Below are positions 34,483 through 45,463 of a DNA stretch of 64,000 nt, one piece after another; within the stretch, counting starts at the first letter, position 1; every line of letters begins with the position of its first letter. The DNA is from Vermamoeba vermiformis. Lineage: Eukaryota. Both the position numbers and the translations under genes were made by a program. The DNA lies in contig JBEWZL010000064.1 of assembly GCA_045837725.1 (NCBI GenBank), forward strand, positions 62,001-126,000. Reading direction: 5' to 3'. The notes beneath the pieces were generated by a model. That model was not told where the DNA came from and searched no databases. It saw only the letters and a program-made list of their open reading frames with translations.

Positions 34483-36805
34483 TTACATGGACAACACGTT
34501 GACGCAAATCTCGCACAACAGCTAGTGAAAGAGTTAATAATCATATATTACAACGACAAATTCGTTCAGCTTACCTGTCCGTCCTGCTCGTAAAAGTTGT
34601 CGGCATCGAGCTTGGCCTCGCAGTTATCGCAATTGAAACAATCTCTGTGCAATTGTTTGTCTGACAGCGCAATGTACTCGGCATCAGTAATAGTGCCCAA
34701 GCAACGAGAGCAGACGACTAAGATCACAGGTTAGTGATTATCACCACATTATTACAACCAAGCTTTACGTACTTCTTTCCATGTCGCTCTCACCATCGCT
34801 GAATGTGTCTTCTAAACGACTCGAGTTGCTTCGTGGAGTATCGTTCAAGAAGTTTTCAGAGTTAGATCTGCTCATGCTTCCTCCACCACTGTAACCGCCA
34901 TAACCACCATTGAGACTAGTATTGCTCGGTTGTTTAGTCATAGGCTGTCGTTGAGCTTGAGGTTGAGGAGGCTCTTCATAGCCAAAAGACTCCAACGGGT
35001 CATTGACACGTGACTTGGTCAATGCACCAACGCAAGACTTGCAGTAAGGCTTGTTCTCAACGCTCAAGAACTCCGCGGACAAGTTAACATTGCAACGTGT
35101 GCAAGTGAAGCAAGAGGCGTGCCAGATTTGTCCCAAGGCCTCGAGTTGAGAACCTGTTACTTCTTGACCACATTTGCCGCACTGCGCAAGTACTGTTAGA
35201 AAAGAGTTACAAACAATTGCACCGACATACCTTGCCAGCTCCAAGACAAGTTTGATGGACATAGCGACCGTCTGAGTAGCGCAAGAATGTGCCGGTCATA
35301 CCTTGACCGCAGCGGCAGCAGATATATTTGCTTTTAATGCAGTTAGCGCACTTAATAGCGTCACCATCGGCAAAGAACTAAACTACGTTAATCATTCGAT
35401 CTACCAACCTAGTTTAAAGGTCTTACTTGATTGCTTTGCAATAACTTGGAGCAAGTCGAGCACGTGAAGTGTTCCTAAGAAACGATTAGCCATTATTTTC
35501 GATATTGTTATTAGTCCTTACTTTATGATAATGATGGCCAAGTGCGATCAAGTGTTCGCCCATAATCGGTTGGTGACAGTTGCGGCAAGAAACTCCGCTG
35601 TAGTTCGTATTAGAACATAACCCGTGCAATAAAACCACGTGGTACGTACCTTTGACTGCCACGAGGACTTCTGAGCGGCTGATTGCTGACAGGTTGTGTC
35701 TTGTTTATGTTGCTCAAAGGCAACTTAGGTGCACCAGGGTTAGCCATTGGTGGGGCGACGGGATTTGAGGGAGCATTATTGCCTCCGGTATCTGAACCAA
35801 CGTAAATAACCTGTCAAATAGCTTTTGTAATTACGTACCTGAAAGTGCATCGCGCATGGCACGTTCAATTCTCAAAGGCAGACCGAGACGAGGCCAGTCA
35901 TCGGGCCTCAGAGCGGTCAAATCACCAACTGTTTCAATTTCATTGCGTCTGAATATGTCCATCCACTGTTGAACACTCGCTGCGTCACGACCGAGATTAG
36001 TAGCCACGACTTGCGCGAGTTTCTGAACAGTATCTGCGTCAGTTAGACGTGAGTTGCTCGGGGCTTGGAAATTGATGGAGGGTACAGTTGGTGGTGTTGG
36101 GGTGGGAGTCGGGGCAGGCGTGTGCATTGGAGCAGGTGCTACCTTTGGAGGGGCAGCTGCCATTTTTGGAGGTGCAGCGGTTGGTGTGGCATTGAAATTG
36201 TTGGTGCTTGGTGTCTTTACGGGTGCTTTGGGAAGCCCAGCCGAAGAAGGCTGGCGAACTGGATTTGGGTTGGATTGTTTGGGAGGAGCTGCTGTAGCTG
36301 GCTTTGTGAGATTTGTTTGCGAGGTTTGTGTCGTCATTTTAGGCGTCGATGGCTTGTTCAAGGACTCCACCAGCGCATCTAGTTCTGAAAAAGAATCCAA
36401 AGAAATACCTGAAATAATGAAAATCGATCAATATACAACGCACAATCGCCCATCGTGAATTGTTTGGAGGACTTTAATTCCGTTAATTTGGATACAGCAG
36501 GAAAAATAAATCCAACCGGTTGGTTAATTACTTAATTAAGATTAAAAGTAAAGATAAATATTATTATTATTATTATCTACGGGAGTAATTATTATACCTG
36601 GACTTGGAAGGGAGGGTTCAACAGGACGGCTCGCTGCGGTTTTTGTATTTAACGACGGTACGCCATTAGAACTGCTAGTTGTTCTAGTAAATGCAGGATT
36701 TGTTGCAGGCTTGGAAACTTTAGGAGCAGCAGGTTGGGGGGTGCCCATCTGCGTCTCCGTTAACTTCATCTCCAGATCCGCCAATATATCATCAAAATCA
36801 GTCAT
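34483..36805 (-). CDS. Paxillin-like LIM protein with LD motifs and SAM-like domain
   Basis: FDDILADL and ELDALVESL (LD-like), Pro-rich linker, SAM-like WMDIFRRNEIETVGDL...LGLPLRI, CxxC/H LIM fingers. Confidence 0.8.
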
Positions 36806-36961
36806 CTTCGTTGTGTTATATATAATACAATTAGTTATGAATTTGTCAGCACAAACAGAGACGCCAAATTGCAAAATGTTCAAATTAATCTCGCAATGCG
36901 AGATTTCTGTGCACGCACATCCACAAACTGACGGATTCAAGTTTATGCAAGCAATATAGAT

Positions 36962-38249
36962 TTATTGTTGATGGGGTCTCATCACCGCAGGCTGATCAAT
37001 AAAATAACGCAGATATTTTCTAACAGTGGCGTAATGAGGAGCACCTGAATACTTTCTATCAGCAACAGCGGCTACGTTATCAAGCACCGCTCGAGTGTGA
37101 GGAGAGAACAAATAGCGTTGGCTTAAAAAGTGCCAGTACATCAAGCATTGAATGATCAACGAGAAGCGGTAACTAGAACGACAAGTCAGCAAGAGCTCAT
37201 TAATCAACCGCATTACTTACAACAACACGTTAAACAGTAAGACGGGTACATTGGCTACCTCGACATAAGACGAAAACATCTTCAGCGTAGGCGTAGCTTG
37301 TAACACTTTGTCGGCCAGTGGAGCGATTGGCCTATTACCAAGTCAGATGCATTTACTTAGCATTAAATCTAGTTACTCACATATTGGCGAGGGGTGTGTC
37401 GCGCAAATTAGGCACCACATTCATCGCATATGTTGCAATCGCCAAAACAGCCATGATGGCCACGGGTAATAATTCCACTAATGAAACAAGACTAAGATTG
37501 CTGCAATATCGTAGCAAATACTTACAAAGCATCGGAGGTGCCATTAGGAATATAGAACAATAGGCCAAGTAGTTAGCAAACTCGTGTGCCATTGGCTGAC
37601 GCATGTAGTTTTCCATAGTGAGGCCACCAGGCTGTGGGCAATTATTAACTCGTTGTGACTTCTATTGGATCTCGCTTACCTTTACAATAGAGTACATAGA
37701 CAATATGCAGCCAATCATCGAACCCCACAGAGCTCTGCTATGATATCGGCGGGTGCTTTCTTCGTGGAAACTGATCGTGTATAACAAGACGTGGAATAAA
37801 GACCAGAAAAAGCTAACGAATGTCGCAAACTGCCACTTATTATCACCTTGTTGCAAGTAGTTCAGAAATGTGTAAGCTAGTTGAGCAAAGTATGAGGGTT
37901 GTCCCGGAGCGGGGTTCATTGGGTTGGCTGGGTGCGGAGGCACAGCGGAATATCCAGGAGGGGTATTATTTGTGTAATTTGGTGTCGAAGACGCTGTAGA
38001 AGGCTCGCCAATAATTTGGAAATTTGGATCCTAGAACGAAATTATTTGTTATGACGTAATTATTTCTTCTAGCAGGCAAAAATTACAAAAAATCAAAATT
38101 CAACTTACAACATATTTTTTATACCACTTCTGCCTCAAACGCTGCAATTGTTGCGCTGCGGAATTGGGATCGGCCAAAATCTCTACTGAGTTTAGGTATG
38201 ACTGCCACCGCGGGTCTGCCTCGAAATTAAAGGATTCAAAACTTGACAT
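36962..38249 (-). CDS. TMEM33: TMEM33/Pom33-family ER membrane protein
   Basis: N-terminal FNFEADPRWQSY...WYKKYVDP, NYLAYC, SLLPVAI, YVEV, YWHFLSQRY..SPHTR. Confidence 0.8.
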
Positions 38250-38491
38250 TTGTCAAAGTTCAGCTGCTTTCGTGTTGATCTGTGCGAAAAAAATCGACAA
38301 AAACACGACGAATTTTCTTGGTGTCACTTTATTGCAGCATTATTTGAGCTAGAGTGACAGCAATACTACGCTTCAATATTATTTATTCAATTTATATTAT
38401 TGCTCGATCATAGAAGACCTAGAGCCGATCTATTGGATTTAGTCGGCTTGACAAATATCATCACTGGCAAATATCAATTTACTCGCCAGTC

Positions 38492-39494
38492 ATGCAAAAC
38501 AATATTAAAAAAATCGACTTGTTGTCCAGTCTTCGAGGTATAGTATTACTGTGCACAGTAGTTTCGAATTTCCCACACAGAAGTATTTAAATAATTATTT
38601 TAGGGCTAAGAAATGGTATAATTAGCGGCGTTCGTATACGATTGCCATATGTTATGCAAGGCATAATTTATGCCATTATTTTTCGCGACAGAAAGTAAGT
38701 TAGACAGATCATCTACAAAATCGATATTAACCTTCTTTAAACAGACTAGTATCTCGTGTCTCATTGCTGATTAAACAAATGCTATCCCATGGACGAAACT
38801 TGGGTCTATTTGCCCTAATTTACAAATTTATATGCTCAGTTCTGCGGAGCGTGGGAATTACAGGCGGAATCGAAAGCTGGATCGCAGGATTTGCTGGAGG
38901 ATTTTATGCATTTGGCGACAGTAGAGGCATTTCAGGCAGTGTAAATAATCAAATTGTCCTCTATTTGTTTGCCAGGTAAGTTGAAGACAAAGCTGTTGCT
39001 GATCTGAGTTTCATTTTCTAATTGTCGTTCCCTGCAGAGGATTCGAAGGCGCGTTGCGATTGCTAGTAAAACGTAATTATCTACCACAGAAGATGGACAT
39101 TAGGAAGGGCGTTGGGTTCCGCGTGTTTGCTGGGTACGAAAATGAGATCTGGCTCTTAACTGTTAACGATCCTAATCATAACCTTTCTATAGATTTACTC
39201 TAGCACTTATATTGTATTTAACTGAATATCACTCGGAGGTTTTGCGACCTGCGTTCATGTCTACTATGGACTATATTTATTATGAATCTGATTCTGGGCC
39301 TGTAATGCCGAGCTATTCCACCAAGTTTGCTCCGTTTATTTGGTACGTGATCGCATTAATATATTAGTCCCATATATGCTTGATGTATTGACGCCTGTAC
39401 TATTTGTAGCCTCATTGTATTTACTTTGATTGGAGGACTTATAAGCAAGGATTTGCGACTTGAAAATATGCTCAATAGAATGCCCTGGCTGTAA
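38492..39494 (+). CDS. PXMP4: Peroxisomal membrane protein 4 (Tim17 superfamily)
   Basis: RGLRNG...GVRIRLP, HGRNLGLFALIYK, AGGFYAFG, SVNNQIVLYLFAR, STMDYIY. Confidence 0.88.
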
Positions 39495-40288
39495 ATTGTA
39501 ATTCTCGATTCTATTTAATGTTTGATTAATAAACTTATCCACGATTCCACCATCCTGTCAACTTGAAGATCTGATCCACAAATTAAACAACTACAAATAT
39601 TGCAAGTAGGGCAGAGCATGCCGTGGGTCCATATTCTCGCTGATGTGTCACAGTTCCGAGATAGAGGGAGATAAAATTGTTAAAAGTTGTTTGTGAACGA
39701 ATTTTACAACAACAAAATCTTTTTGGTTCATTCGTAATTATATTTCACTATCAAAGCAACAAAGTAGTTCTTTAGTGCGTTGATTTACAAGGTATGTTAA
39801 ATTTATAACTTTGCCTGCAGCGGACAGTCGGTTGTTTGTTACATCCAGCAAGTTTAATGTCTAATCGAGAGTTAATGGCGGAAATTTCAATTTGCATACG
39901 CTTCGTAAATAATATGATGTAATACAAATTCACTAGACACCAACTCTCCCGTACCATTAACGAATCTATTATTTTTTATATTAATCCTTCTATTTGGTTT
40001 TAATCTAATCCAATATAACGTACATTTTCGATATAATTTGATTTGAAGCTTATATAACGGAAACTCGCTGGATTTAAATTTCAGATGCGTTGGAAACACG
40101 TGCACATTCTAACTGGGACTGTCCGCTTGTTAAATTATTCAAAATTAAATTTGAAGCTAATTTGTTGTCAAGAATCAGTTTATATACTTCAGTAAATCTT
40201 AAAGATTTTTGTTAATTTTATTGCCGATTCGAAAAAGTTGTCGGCGAGAAATCTCCCTAGTATTGCTTGTACTAACAAAAATAATTAG

Positions 40289-43207
40289 ATGGCATCACTT
40301 TTGAAGAGTATCGATGCTGCTCTTGAAGCAGCTGCTCAACGCGAGATGGACATGGAAGAGGAGGCCATGCGCAAGTATCTTGACGATCTCGAAGAGCAAG
40401 AGCGTCTCGAGCGTGAAATGAAAGAGCGTATTGCTCGTCGTAAAGCCGAGGCAGCTGCTAAGCGTGAGCGCGAAGAACAAGAGCAGATGGAAAAGTTCAA
40501 GCAAGAAGAAGAGGAGCGCGAACGTAATGAACGTGCCATGAAAGAGCGCATTGATAAGAGAAAGGCTGAACTCGCTGCAAAGCGTGAACAAGAGGAGCGT
40601 GAACAAATGGACAAGTTCCGTCAAGAAGAAGAAGAGCGTGAACGCGCTGAAAAGTCTATGCGTGAACGCATTGAGAAGAGAAAGGCCGAGCTTGCCTCAA
40701 AGAAAGAGCAACAAGAACAAGAACAAATGGACTTGTTCAAGCAAGAAGAAGAAGAGCGTGCAAAGATCGAGAAGTCCATGAAGGAGCGCATCGAGAGGAG
40801 AAAGGCTGAGCTGTCCTCTAAGAAAGAACTCGATGAGAACTCTCAAATGGAGATCTTCAAGCAAGAAGAGGAAGAACGTGCTCGTGCTGAAAAGGCCATG
40901 AAAGAGCGCATTGCTCAACGCAAGGCCGAACTTGCCAACAAGAAGGAACAACAAGAACGCGAGCAAATGGAGCTCTTCAAGCAAGAAGAAGAGGAACGTG
41001 AACGCGCTGAACGTTCTATGAAAGAGCGCATTGAACGCAGAAAGGCTGAGCTTGCTGCTCGTAAAGAGAGACAAGAACAGGAACAAATGGAAATGTTCAA
41101 GCAAGAAGAAGAGGAACGCAATCGCGCCGAAAGATCCATGAAGGAGCGCATCGCTCAACGCAAGGCCGAACTTGCCAACAAGAAGGAACAGCAAGAGCGT
41201 GAACAGATGGAGATGTTCAAGCAAGAAGAAGAGGAGCGTGAACGCGCTGAGAAGGCCATGAAGGAGCGCATCGCTCAACGCAAGGCTGAACTTGCCAACA
41301 AGAAGGAACAACAAGAGAAGGAACAAATGGACTTGTTCCGTCAGGAAGAGGAAGAGCGTGCTCGTGCTGAGAAGGCCATGAAGGAGCGTATTGCCCAACG
41401 CAAGGCTGAGTTGCAAGCCAAGAAAGAACAGGAAGAGCGCGAACAAATGGAGCTCTTTAGACAAGAAGAGGAGGAACGCGCCAAGATCGAGAAGTCCATG
41501 AAAGAACGCATCGAAAAGAGAAAGGCTGAGCTCTCTGCCAAGAAGGAACTTGATGAGAACTCTCAAATGGAGATCTTCAAGCAAGAAGAGGAAGAACGTG
41601 CTCGTGCTGAAAAGGCCATGAAAGAACGCATTGCTCAACGCAAGGCCGAACTTGCTAACAAGAAGGAACAACAAGAGAAGGAGCAAATGGAATTGTTCCG
41701 TCAAGAAGAAGAGGAACGTGAACGCGCTGAAAAGTCTATGCGCGAAAGAATTGAACGCAGAAAGGCTGAGCTTGCTGCTAAGAAAGAGCAACAAGAGAAG
41801 GAGCAAATGGACTTGTTCCGCCAAGAAGAAGAAGAACGTTCCCGCGCCGAAAGAGCCATGAAGGAGCGCATCGCTCAACGAAAGGCTGAGTTGCAAGCCA
41901 AGAAAGAACAGGAAGAGCGTGAGCAAATGGAGCTCTTCAGACAAGAAGAGGAGGAACGCAACCGTTCTGAAAAGGCCATGAAGGAGCGCATTGAGAAGAG
42001 AAAGGCCGAGCTTGCTGCCAAGCGCGAGCAAGAAGAGCGCGATCAAATGGACTTATTCAAGCAAGAAGAAGAAGAGCGTGCCAAGATCGAGAAGTCCATG
42101 AAAGAACGCATCGAAAAGAGAAAGGCCGAGCTCTCTGCCAAGAAGGAGCTTGATGAGAAGTCTCAAATGGAGATCTTCAGACAAGAGGAAGAGGAACGTG
42201 CTCGTGCTGAAAAGGCCATGAAAGAACGCATCGCTCAACGCAAAGCTGAATTGCAAGCCAAGAAAGAAGCTGAAGAGCGCGAACAAATGGAAAAGTTCCG
42301 TCGCGAAGAAGATGAAGCTAGTAACTCAGAAAAGGCCATGCGCGAAAGAATCGAAAAGCGACGTGCTGAACTCGCCGCTAAGAAAGAACAAGAGGAGCGC
42401 GAGCAGATGGAGAAGTTCCGTCAAGAGGAAGAAGAGCGCGAACGCAATGAACGTGCCATGAAGGAGCGCATTGCTCAACGCAAGGCTGAATTGCAAGCTA
42501 AGAAGGAGCAAGAAGAACAAGAGCAAATGAACAGATTCAAGCAAGAGGAAGAAGAGCGCGAACGCAATGAACGCGCCATGAAGGAGCGCATTGAGAAGCG
42601 AAAGGCCGAGCTTGCTGCCAAGAAGGAAGCCGAAGAGCGTGAACAAATGAACAAGTTCCGCCAAGAGGAAGAAGAACGCGAGAGGACTGAAAAGGCCATG
42701 CGCGAACGTATTGCCCAACGCAAAGCTGAACTCGCCGCCAAGAAGGAGGCCGAAGAGCGTGCTCAGATGGAAAAGTTCAAGTCTGAAGAAGATGAGGCCT
42801 CTCGTACTGAACGTGAAATGCGTGAGCGCATCGCTCAACGCAAGGCTGAGTTGCAAGCCAAGAAAGAGGCTGAAGAACGTGCTCAAATGGAGAAGTTCCG
42901 TCAAGAAGAGGCTGAGCGCGAGAAGACTGACAAGGCCATGAAAGAGCGCATTGAAAAGAGAAAGGCCGAGCTCGCTGCCAAGAAGGAAGCCGAAGAGCGC
43001 GAACAAATGGAGAGGTACAAGCGCGAAGAAGAAGAGAAGAATAAGGCTGAAGCTTCGCTCAAAGAGAAGATCGCCAAAAAGAAGGAAGAATTGGCTGCTA
43101 AGAAACAACGCGAGCGTGAAGCTTTGATGGAGCGATACAGAGCACGCATGAATAAGACCGACAAGCAAGCTGAAGATAATTTGAGCAACTTGTTGAAGAA
43201 GCAGTAA
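40289..43207 (+). CDS. 972-aa E/R/K-rich helical protein made of 40-aa tandem repeats
   Basis: Uninterrupted ORF; unit QMEKFKQEEEERERNERAMKERIDKRKAELAAKREQEERE; strong AAG/CGT/CGC/GCC/GCT codon bias like myosin II. Confidence 0.9.
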   Translation: MASLLKSIDAALEAAAQREMDMEEEAMRKYLDDLEEQERLEREMKERIARRKAEAAAKREREEQEQMEKFKQEEEERERNERAMKERIDKRKAELAAKREQEEREQMDKFRQEEEERERAEKSMRERIEKRKAELASKKEQQEQEQMDLFKQEEEERAKIEKSMKERIERRKAELSSKKELDENSQMEIFKQEEEERARAEKAMKERIAQRKAELANKKEQQEREQMELFKQEEEERERAERSMKERIERRKAELAARKERQEQEQMEMFKQEEEERNRAERSMKERIAQRKAELANKKEQQEREQMEMFKQEEEERERAEKAMKERIAQRKAELANKKEQQEKEQMDLFRQEEEERARAEKAMKERIAQRKAELQAKKEQEEREQMELFRQEEEERAKIEKSMKERIEKRKAELSAKKELDENSQMEIFKQEEEERARAEKAMKERIAQRKAELANKKEQQEKEQMELFRQEEEERERAEKSMRERIERRKAELAAKKEQQEKEQMDLFRQEEEERSRAERAMKERIAQRKAELQAKKEQEEREQMELFRQEEEERNRSEKAMKERIEKRKAELAAKREQEERDQMDLFKQEEEERAKIEKSMKERIEKRKAELSAKKELDEKSQMEIFRQEEEERARAEKAMKERIAQRKAELQAKKEAEEREQMEKFRREEDEASNSEKAMRERIEKRRAELAAKKEQEEREQMEKFRQEEEERERNERAMKERIAQRKAELQAKKEQEEQEQMNRFKQEEEERERNERAMKERIEKRKAELAAKKEAEEREQMNKFRQEEEERERTEKAMRERIAQRKAELAAKKEAEERAQMEKFKSEEDEASRTEREMRERIAQRKAELQAKKEAEERAQMEKFRQEEAEREKTDKAMKERIEKRKAELAAKKEAEEREQMERYKREEEEKNKAEASLKEKIAKKKEELAAKKQREREALMERYRARMNKTDKQAEDNLSNLLKKQ
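40360..43140 (+). repeat. 120-bp coding tandem repeat, 22 well-conserved plus 2 degenerate units
   Basis: CARATG recurs every 120 nt from ~40484 to ~43004 without indels. Confidence 0.95.
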
Positions 43208-43756
43208 GAATCTCGATCAACAAGATCTCGAACCAATGTCTAAATAGTCACCTCCTGTACCTTTTTAGTATATAAATTATTTAATCGCTACATGGTTTGT
43301 AACGCGCAGAAATAGAAACCTTTTTGGGCACGGGTGATCTGCTGTCAGCTCGTCATTTTGGAGATCTCGCGCCGAAATTGAACGCTATCGAAGCAAAGGT
43401 TCTTCTCGAGAACTAATCTGACATGACCAAGTATAGTAAGCCATCTTGAATTAGAAAAAACGTTTTTGGACAAGCACGTGGAAAAAGATATCTACGAGGG
43501 CGGAAACATCACAACACAATCATTTGCCGTCCCAATAATAGAACACAATACACCATTCATTGGTAGGTATTTGCTCTTCTAATATGTCTTGACCCAGAAA
43601 TCATGAATCGATGTAATTATGTAATGCCCTGTTTATTCAATGGTCAGATGGACGGTTCCCAAGTCCAAAAGCGCTAGTAATTGTGATTACGCTTCCAAAA
43701 ATTTCAATTATCTCGAGGTAAATAGCTAATTCCCTCCATTTTCCAGATCGTACGGG

Positions 43757-45370
43757 ATGGCGCTTTCAAAACCAGAACTCCCGTTCTTCCACGCACCATG
43801 CAGCGTCACCGTGCATCCCCATACAGGAGATTCTCACTTTAGATTTGCCTTGGAACTGTTTGTGAACATATTTAAGGGCGCATCTAAAATATACGGTCCC
43901 CTTTACTTCTTTTCGGCCCTCACAAACGGAAAAGGTCCCGTTTATTGGGTCAAAAGAACAATACCCAGTATTATACGAAGCAGCTTATTCCTAGGTAATT
44001 ACGCCTTTATCATCAAAAAATCGATTTAAATACAGATCCTGCGATTACGGATCGCAATAATTATCGTACTAATTTTTAATGCGGTAGCTGTTTATGGATT
44101 TTTATATGGAAGAGTATCATGCTTTATCATGAGCATTTTGAAGGGAAATTATCGCATTGCTTACTTTTTGGGATCGTACATTGGCGCACTTGTTTCTATT
44201 TTGATAGAAAAGCCCTTTAGAAGAATCGAACTGGCTGTATATGTCATGAATCAAGCTGCCGAAACAACCTTCCGAATGTTAGTAACAAGAGGTACGTTAT
44301 CACTTTCGTTTTGTGAGCCACATATAATTTATATTGCCTAACACAGGTTACATGAAACCAATCAAATACGGCGTTGTAATGTTATTTTCAATTGGCCTGG
44401 CAATTCTCACGTACTTCCATAAATTTGATCGTGACTCTCTGGGCAGCAACATCAACGGATTGATGAAAGTATTCGTGGGCGTTGAAGACGAGCGCGATTT
44501 TGTTGAAAAGCGATTGCACAAAGCATTTGGAGCTGTACGTGACACTGCAGTGCGACTGTACTCGCGAGGAAAGAAACAGCACGCAAATGACGGTGATCAA
44601 GAGGGCAATTTTTTCACGGGTACGTTACAGATTGATATGTAATTAGCGATGCTGAAATTGACCTAATTAGGCCGTCACAAATGCTGTTCACACAAATGCA
44701 GCTGTTTTGAATACACGACCGTGGGTTTCACGAAAGGATTTTCACTCGGATACACTTTCAAGGAATAAGTCTTAGCTACTTCATTCTCCAGCAATGAACC
44801 ATTTATCAATACCTGTTACAGAGTCTTTTAGCTATTGCACCCACGCTGTTCAATCCGAAAGTGTTGACGATTAAGTCAAAGCGACGAGCAGCTCTGACCA
44901 AAGCATTCGGCAAAAAATCATTGCAGTTCGGTTTATTTGTGGCTCTCCTATCAGGCTTGGTTCGTTTAGTGAACTGCTTGTTGAGACGAGTACGCGGTGT
45001 GGAGGACGGAGTTAATGCGGTGGTGTCTGGACTGATTGCAGGCACATCAACAGCGCTAGCCAAGAGTGTAGAACTGTCCATGTACATTTTGGCAAAGGCT
45101 GGTGAGGCCGTCTTCAGAGCCCTAGTCTCGCGCAAGTATTTGCCTTCCGTGCCATATTGGGATGCTATCTTGTACGCACTTGCCACTGCCATTCTGTTCT
45201 ACGCCTCAACTTTCGAACCATTCAACTTGCGTCCATCGTACGTGGCCTTTTTGTACCGTGTCAGCAGTGGTAGCTTTCGTAGATTCTTCAACTCTAGCAA
45301 GGGATTGCGAGATGAATTTTTGGCCCATTGGTTTCCGGGCATGATTAGTCCCAAGCTTGCTGCTTTCTAA
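43757..45370 (+). CDS. TMEM135: TMEM135-like peroxisomal membrane protein
   Basis: PCSVTVHP, IYGPLY, RSSLFL, ILIEKPFRRIELAVY, RHKCCSH, FEPFNLRPSY; one intron needs a non-canonical donor. Confidence 0.85.
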
Positions 45371-45463
45371 CACTGCGATGATGTAAATAAAAAGGACTGA
45401 TTATTATGAATTTTCTATTGTACGATTTATTAAATAAGATAAAAACACAGAGGTTTTGTTCGC

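Noticed and set aside
40360-43140. Regular array as CRISPR or satellite
   Set aside because: No repeat-spacer alternation; in-frame coding repeat with synonymous variation
40295-43236. L/F-rich minus-strand ORFs over the repeat gene
   Set aside because: Antisense of GAA/AAG-rich repeats
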